Part shown: piece by piece, positions 59,203-64,000 of the stretch
How the letters are laid out: every line of letters starts with the position of its first letter
Numbering within the stretch: position 1 is the stretch's first letter
From: Pirellulales bacterium
GTDB taxonomy: Bacteria; Planctomycetota; Planctomycetia; Pirellulales; JAICIG01
Assembly (NCBI GenBank): GCA_040901675.1
Contig: JBBDYJ010000030.1
Location: forward strand, 14,324-78,323
Direction: 5' to 3'
Length of the DNA: 64,000 nucleotides
Notes under the pieces: generated by a model
The model's database searches: none
What the model was told of the DNA's origin: nothing
Seen by the model: only the letters and a program-made list of their open reading frames with translations
Translations under genes and position numbers: made by a program

Positions 59203-61932
59203 ATGAAATGCCTCGTTGCAAGCCTGGTTGTCGTAGCTGCGCTGGGCGAAGTCCGTCTCTCGCAGGCCACCGCTCAGATCACACTGCGCGATAATTTCGA
59301 CACCCCGGAAACCGCCTGGCGCGACGCCGGCGGAGATCTGCAATACCGCATCGAGCTCCATCAGCGCGTGGCCGACACGGCCCGTTCAGGAGTCGCTTGC
59401 GAGGCGGTCCAGGTGGCCGCCGGCCAAAACGGGACCTGCGTGTACCTGGCTTACGAGATCGGCCGGGCGCGCGTCATTGCCGAGCTGATGCCCAGCCTTT
59501 GGCTGCGCTCGGACCGGGCAGGTCTGCAAATGCTGGCCCGCGTTGTATTGCCCCGCACCCTGGACCCCGGCACCGGCAAACCGATCGTCCGGCTCGTCGC
59601 CGGACCTTCGTATACACGCGCCGGACAATGGCAGCAGTTGCGGCTGGAAGGCATCGTCGCGCTCGTCGCCGCGCAGGCCCGCACGCTGCGGGCCGAGCTG
59701 GCCACCGAGGTCGACCCCCGCGAGGCTTACGTCGATCACATCCTCTTGAACGTCTATGGAGGGGCCGGCCGGACGCAGATCTGGATCGACGACCTGGAAG
59801 TACCTGGCTTCGTGGAAGCACCGCCGCCGGCCGCACCCTTCATCGCGGCGTCATCGCCGCCGGTGGCCGGCTCCCGCCAAGCGCAGCCGCCGAGCGGCCC
59901 TCGTGCGGAACTATCGGGCAGCATGCTTCTGGTCGATGGTCGGCCGTTGTTTCCGCGGATCGTCGAGCATCGGGGCGAATCGCTCGCCTTTCTAAAAAAG
60001 CTGGGATTCAACGCCGTCGAACTGGCCGACGTGCCCGATGAAACAATCCTTGCCGAGGCGGACGAGCAGGGGATGTGGCTGGTCTGCCCGCCGCCCAGGC
60101 CGCCGCAGCTCGACGAGTCGCTCTCGGCCGAGTTGGAGGCGCCGCCGATCGAGCGCAGCGAACCGCTGATCGGCCGCTTCGACGAGCGGTACAACGCCGT
60201 CCTCGCCTGGCATTTGGGAAGCCGGCTCACCGCCCGCGAGCTGGAGACAACGAAGCGCTGGGCCGAGCAGGTGCAGCGGGCCGACGCGCCGCACCCCAGG
60301 CCGCTGGCGTGCGCCCCCGACGCCGAGCTGAAGGCCTATAGCCGCATCGGCAACGGAAAGATCCTGCTGTCGATCGATCGTTCGCCCCTGGGCACCAGTC
60401 TCGAACTGTCCGACTACGCCACCTGGATCCGCGAGCGGCCCCGGCTGGCCCGGCCAGGCACGCCATTCTGGGCGACGGTGCAGACCCAGCCGGCCGCGGA
60501 ATGGACCGAGCAGGTCGAGCTGCTCTCCGACGGCCGCTCGCCGGCCCCGGCGGTCGAAAGCGAACAGATCTCTCTCTTAGTACAGGCCGCCCTGGCCGCG
60601 GGTTGCCGGGGGATCTGCTTTACTTCGTCGACGCCTCTCGATGCATCGGATGCTCCCACTCGCCAGCGCGCTTTGGCGCTGGAGCTGGTGAACCTCGAGC
60701 TGGCCTTAGTGCACGACATCCTGGCCAGGGCCTCGTTGTCGGCCACGCTGCGCTCCAGCGAGCCGGCCGTCGGCGCCGCGGTGCTGGAGACGGACCGCAC
60801 ACGCCTGTTGCTGCCGCTCTGGTCCGGCCGCTTCAGCCAGTTAGTGCCCGGCGAGTCGGCCGGCAACGGCATCTCGTTCGTCGTTCCGGGAGTCCCCGAG
60901 GCGAACGACGCCTACGAAATCACTCCGGCCGGACTGCGCAAGCTGGCCGCCGAGCGCCGCACGGGGGGCGTGCGGCTGGCCGTGGACGAGCTCAGCCTGA
61001 CCAGCCGGATCCTGCTCTCCGGCGATCATCGGGCGACCAGCATGCTCACCCGGCGAGTGGCGGCCATCGGTCAGCGCGCGGCCCGGCTCCAGGGCGAGCT
61101 GGCTCGCCTCAAGTACGCCCGGACCGCCGAAGTCGAGCAGCGCTTGATCCTGGCCGGGCGCCGAGTGCGCGAGTCCGACGCCTGGCAGGCAGCCGCTCGC
61201 CGCGCCATCCAAACGGCCGACGGCGCTTTGCAGGCGGGCGACTACCTCTCGGCATGGCAGCATGCGCAAAGGGGGATGCGGCCCTTGCGGTTGATCGAAC
61301 GTGCTCATTGGGACCAGGCGGCCGGCTCGCTCGGTTCACCCATGGCGAGCCCGCTGGCCGCGAGCTTCGCCACGCTGCCCGATCACTGGTCGCTCGTCGG
61401 CCGGATCGGCCCGTTACAACCAGCGACGGGTTCCGGCAACCTGCTGGCCGGCGGCCAGATGGAAGACTTGCAGCAAACGCTCGCCGCCGGTTGGAGGCTG
61501 TTCGAACATCCTCAGCCGGCCGTGGCCGCCAGCGGGGAACTGGCCGACGATCAGCCGCACTCGGGCACCTACAGCCTGCGGCTTTCGGCGCGGGCGGCAG
61601 ACATGGAAACGTCGCCGCTGCTGGTCGAAACAGCTCCGCTCTGGCTGGTGAGCCCGGCCGTGATGGTCGAGGCGGGCCAGCTCGTGCGGATCAGCGGTTG
61701 GGTGCGGATCTCGGCGCCGATCACCGGCAGCGTCGACGGCCTGATGATCATCGACTCGCTGGGTGGCGAATCCTTGGCCGAGCGGATTGGGCAGACCTCC
61801 GGTTGGAGGCAGTTCGCCTTGTATCGCGCCGCGCCGGCCAGCGGTCCGCTCACCGTCACGCTGGCCCTGACCGGCCTGGGCGAAGTCTGGATCGACGACC
61901 TGGCAATCGAGCTGATCTCAGCCGAGGAATGA
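59203..61932 (+). CDS. large secreted hypothetical protein with carbohydrate-binding-like terminal domains
   Basis: Signal peptide; IWIDDL and VWIDDL beta-sandwich ends; ~900 aa ORF. Confidence 0.78.
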   Translation: MKCLVASLVVVAALGEVRLSQATAQITLRDNFDTPETAWRDAGGDLQYRIELHQRVADTARSGVACEAVQVAAGQNGTCVYLAYEIGRARVIAELMPSLWLRSDRAGLQMLARVVLPRTLDPGTGKPIVRLVAGPSYTRAGQWQQLRLEGIVALVAAQARTLRAELATEVDPREAYVDHILLNVYGGAGRTQIWIDDLEVPGFVEAPPPAAPFIAASSPPVAGSRQAQPPSGPRAELSGSMLLVDGRPLFPRIVEHRGESLAFLKKLGFNAVELADVPDETILAEADEQGMWLVCPPPRPPQLDESLSAELEAPPIERSEPLIGRFDERYNAVLAWHLGSRLTARELETTKRWAEQVQRADAPHPRPLACAPDAELKAYSRIGNGKILLSIDRSPLGTSLELSDYATWIRERPRLARPGTPFWATVQTQPAAEWTEQVELLSDGRSPAPAVESEQISLLVQAALAAGCRGICFTSSTPLDASDAPTRQRALALELVNLELALVHDILARASLSATLRSSEPAVGAAVLETDRTRLLLPLWSGRFSQLVPGESAGNGISFVVPGVPEANDAYEITPAGLRKLAAERRTGGVRLAVDELSLTSRILLSGDHRATSMLTRRVAAIGQRAARLQGELARLKYARTAEVEQRLILAGRRVRESDAWQAAARRAIQTADGALQAGDYLSAWQHAQRGMRPLRLIERAHWDQAAGSLGSPMASPLAASFATLPDHWSLVGRIGPLQPATGSGNLLAGGQMEDLQQTLAAGWRLFEHPQPAVAASGELADDQPHSGTYSLRLSARAADMETSPLLVETAPLWLVSPAVMVEAGQLVRISGWVRISAPITGSVDGLMIIDSLGGESLAERIGQTSGWRQFALYRAAPASGPLTVTLALTGLGEVWIDDLAIELISAEE

Positions 61933-62094
61933 AGGCGGGACGCAGACACCAGGAGGGCGGCTCGAGCGCCGGCTCTACCACTCCCCGCCCGAATATTGGA
62001 TACTATCCCGTGCTGCAAGTCCGCCGCAGGCGGAACCTCCGACCTCTGCCTTCTGCCTTCTGCCTTCTGCCTTCTGCCTTCTGCCCTCTGCCTC

Positions 62095-63486
62095 ATGCTC
62101 ACACCCGAATCCATGGCGCCCTGGTGCCGAACGCTGTTCGCAGCCGCCGGGCCGGGCGCAAAGCTCTCGCTCGATGACTACCTGGCCGCCATTCCCCGCT
62201 TGGACTCACTATCCGACGTGCCAGCCGGAACGGCCGTGCTGGTCCGCGGCGATCTGGATGCCAAGCCCGGAGCGGCGATTGGCGACGGCGACGTCCGCCT
62301 CCGCTCGATGATCGACACGCTCCAGTTCGGCCGCCGCCAAGGCTGGAAGCAGATCGTTTTTGGCCACGTCGGCCGCAAGCCCGAAGGCAGCCTCAAGGCC
62401 GTCGCCACGCGGCTCGGCGAGCTGTTGGGCCTCGATATCCCGCTCGTGCCCGACTGGCTCGACGAGCCATCGCTGGCGCTGGGCGGCGATGCCCTGAAGC
62501 AAGTCGCGGCCATGCAGCCGGGCAGTCTGCTGATGCTGGAGAACACCCGCCGCTACAAAATCGAGCGCGTCTTGTGGGATGCCACAGCGGACGACTGCGG
62601 CAAGCTGGCTCCCCAACTGGCGCGGATCGCCAACGAGATGTCGAGGCTGGCGCGCGTCTATGTCAACGAGGCCCTCTCCGCCGGAAGCCCGGATGTTTCC
62701 ACGTCAATCGTGCCGGCCGCCATGGACCGGGTGGCCTTGGGCAAGTACGTGGCCGCCGAGTTCGAGGGTCCCATGCGCCGCTGTCTGGCGGCGAGGCTGG
62801 TGGTGTTCAGCGGCCTGAAGGCCGACAAGCTCGACGACCTGGAGGCCATGATCGCCCGCGGCTCGATCGGTTGGGTGCTCACGGCGGGCTCGCTGGCGAT
62901 GGCGCTCAAGAAGGCCGATGCCCAGCTCGGCGGCGGCGATTTCTGCATCGGCGTAGCGGAGGATCCGGCGCACAGCGACAAGCCATATTACGTGGCCCCG
63001 GAGCGGATCGAACAGGCGCGGCGGATGCTGGCCGAGGGACGCGCCAAGGGCATCCGCTTCATCCTGCCGGTCGACTTCGTGCTGGCCGATGGCCGCGTCT
63101 CCCAGCGCATCGGCCCGCAGGACCAGCAGCTCGACGTCGGTCCCAAGACCAGCGAGCTGTTCGAGCAAAACGTGGGCGAGTTTATCGCCGAGGCCCGCGC
63201 GGAAAGCGACGGCAGGGCCGCGGCCTTCTACAACGGCGTCTTCGGAAAGTTCGAGGACTCGCGCTTTGAGGAAGGCACGCGCCGCTTCATATCCCAGTTG
63301 AAGCGGATGACCGAGGCCGGGATCGAAGTCTACGTGGGTGGCGGCGAAGGCGGCGCAGCCCTCGAGAAGTACGGCCGGCCTGAATGGGTCACCCACTGTT
63401 TCACGGCCGGAGGCACGGTGCTGGCCGTGCTGGGCGGCAACCCGGTCCCCTACCTGCAGGCGTTGTGGCTGGCCGGGCGGCCGTAG
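62095..63486 (+). CDS. pgk: phosphoglycerate kinase family protein (divergent)
   Basis: VLVRGD, GHVGRKP, LENTR, LPVDF, LDVGPKT, NGVFGKFE, VGGGE. Confidence 0.8.
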   Translation: MLTPESMAPWCRTLFAAAGPGAKLSLDDYLAAIPRLDSLSDVPAGTAVLVRGDLDAKPGAAIGDGDVRLRSMIDTLQFGRRQGWKQIVFGHVGRKPEGSLKAVATRLGELLGLDIPLVPDWLDEPSLALGGDALKQVAAMQPGSLLMLENTRRYKIERVLWDATADDCGKLAPQLARIANEMSRLARVYVNEALSAGSPDVSTSIVPAAMDRVALGKYVAAEFEGPMRRCLAARLVVFSGLKADKLDDLEAMIARGSIGWVLTAGSLAMALKKADAQLGGGDFCIGVAEDPAHSDKPYYVAPERIEQARRMLAEGRAKGIRFILPVDFVLADGRVSQRIGPQDQQLDVGPKTSELFEQNVGEFIAEARAESDGRAAAFYNGVFGKFEDSRFEEGTRRFISQLKRMTEAGIEVYVGGGEGGAALEKYGRPEWVTHCFTAGGTVLAVLGGNPVPYLQALWLAGRP

Positions 63487-63800
63487 CTCACTCGGCGGCA
63501 CATCGCCACCAGGCCGTCCAGCGCGGCCCGCAGGTCGGCGCTCGACCGCCCCGCGCGGGCCGACTTTTCGACTCGAGCCGCCCAAGGAGTGATCGCGGAG
63601 AACCCGTAGCTGCCGGCGGAGCCCTTGACTTGATGGGCGGCCACGGCCAGGCCGTCCCAGTCGCCGCCGGCGTAGCGGCGCAGCAGGTTCTCAATTCGCG
63701 CCGGCATTTCCTGAACGAACATCTGGACGACCTCGGCCAGGTCCGGCTCCGATTCCAGGGCCGAGTAAATCGGATCGGCCGACATCTGCTGGTTCGACAT
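63450..63800 (-). CDS. Hpt phosphotransfer protein
   Basis: AHQVKGSAGSYG. Confidence 0.88.
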   Translation of the reverse strand: MSNQQMSADPIYSALESEPDLAEVVQMFVQEMPARIENLLRRYAGGDWDGLAVAAHQVKGSAGSYGFSAITPWAARVEKSARAGRSSADLRAALDGLVAMCRRVSYGRPASHNACR

Positions 63801-63909
63801 GGCAAAGCTGCTCCGCTGCTCCTGGGCTGCCGCCTGCGTCCGATTGCGTGCGGCCCGAATCGTCTGCGTTAGCAAACATAGCTTTCGGATGGCCGCAGCA
63901 AAGCTCCCT

Positions 63910-64000
63910 GCCTTGAGTTTGCACCTTGAGCTTGCCGAAAGGCCCGCCTTGAGTTTGCACCTTGAGCTTGCCGAAAGGCCCGCCTTGAGTTTGCACCTTG
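63910..64000. repeat. perfect 36-bp tandem repeat running off the window
   Basis: GCCTTGAGTTTGCACCTTGAGCTTGCCGAAAGGCCC, 2.5 copies. Confidence 0.92.

Noticed and set aside
61996..62094. N-terminal extension of pgk (LLPSAFC repeats)
   Set aside because: Translation of the heptamer repeat; start placed at 62095
63910..64000. 36-bp repeats as a CRISPR array
   Set aside because: Head-to-tail with no spacers

Overview
High-GC window from a Planctomycetota (Pirellulales-like) chromosome, judged from two DUF1501 genes, a PSD1/planctomycete cytochrome c gene, DUF1559/DUF1570/DUF1598-like genes and FSLR-motif membrane proteins. The left half (to ~29.7 kb) is accessory/stress DNA. It holds three toxin-antitoxin modules, ArsI/CadI plus a SigZ-like ECF, a Tat-exported SOD with a heavy-metal two-component system, and an RNA-repair neighbourhood. 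That neighbourhood has an RNA ligase + HD-Pnk pair and an HNH nuclease followed by an atypical tRNA-Cys, and both units share a CGCGAACC-N16-YGTC promoter-like motif. The right half is mostly core/metabolic: rpsA, a sugar-acid operon, pncB/pncA, infC with an ATC start, a CinA-NadD-like fusion, acetoacetyl-CoA synthetase, UDG, a Ser/Thr kinase and a divergent pgk. Two genes split in the ORF track read as single genes with in-frame UGA codons and downstream hairpins, making them candidate selenoproteins: an AhpD/CMD protein (CxxU) and a secreted FG-GAP protein (W-U-C). All family calls come from motif recognition by eye; no database search was run.
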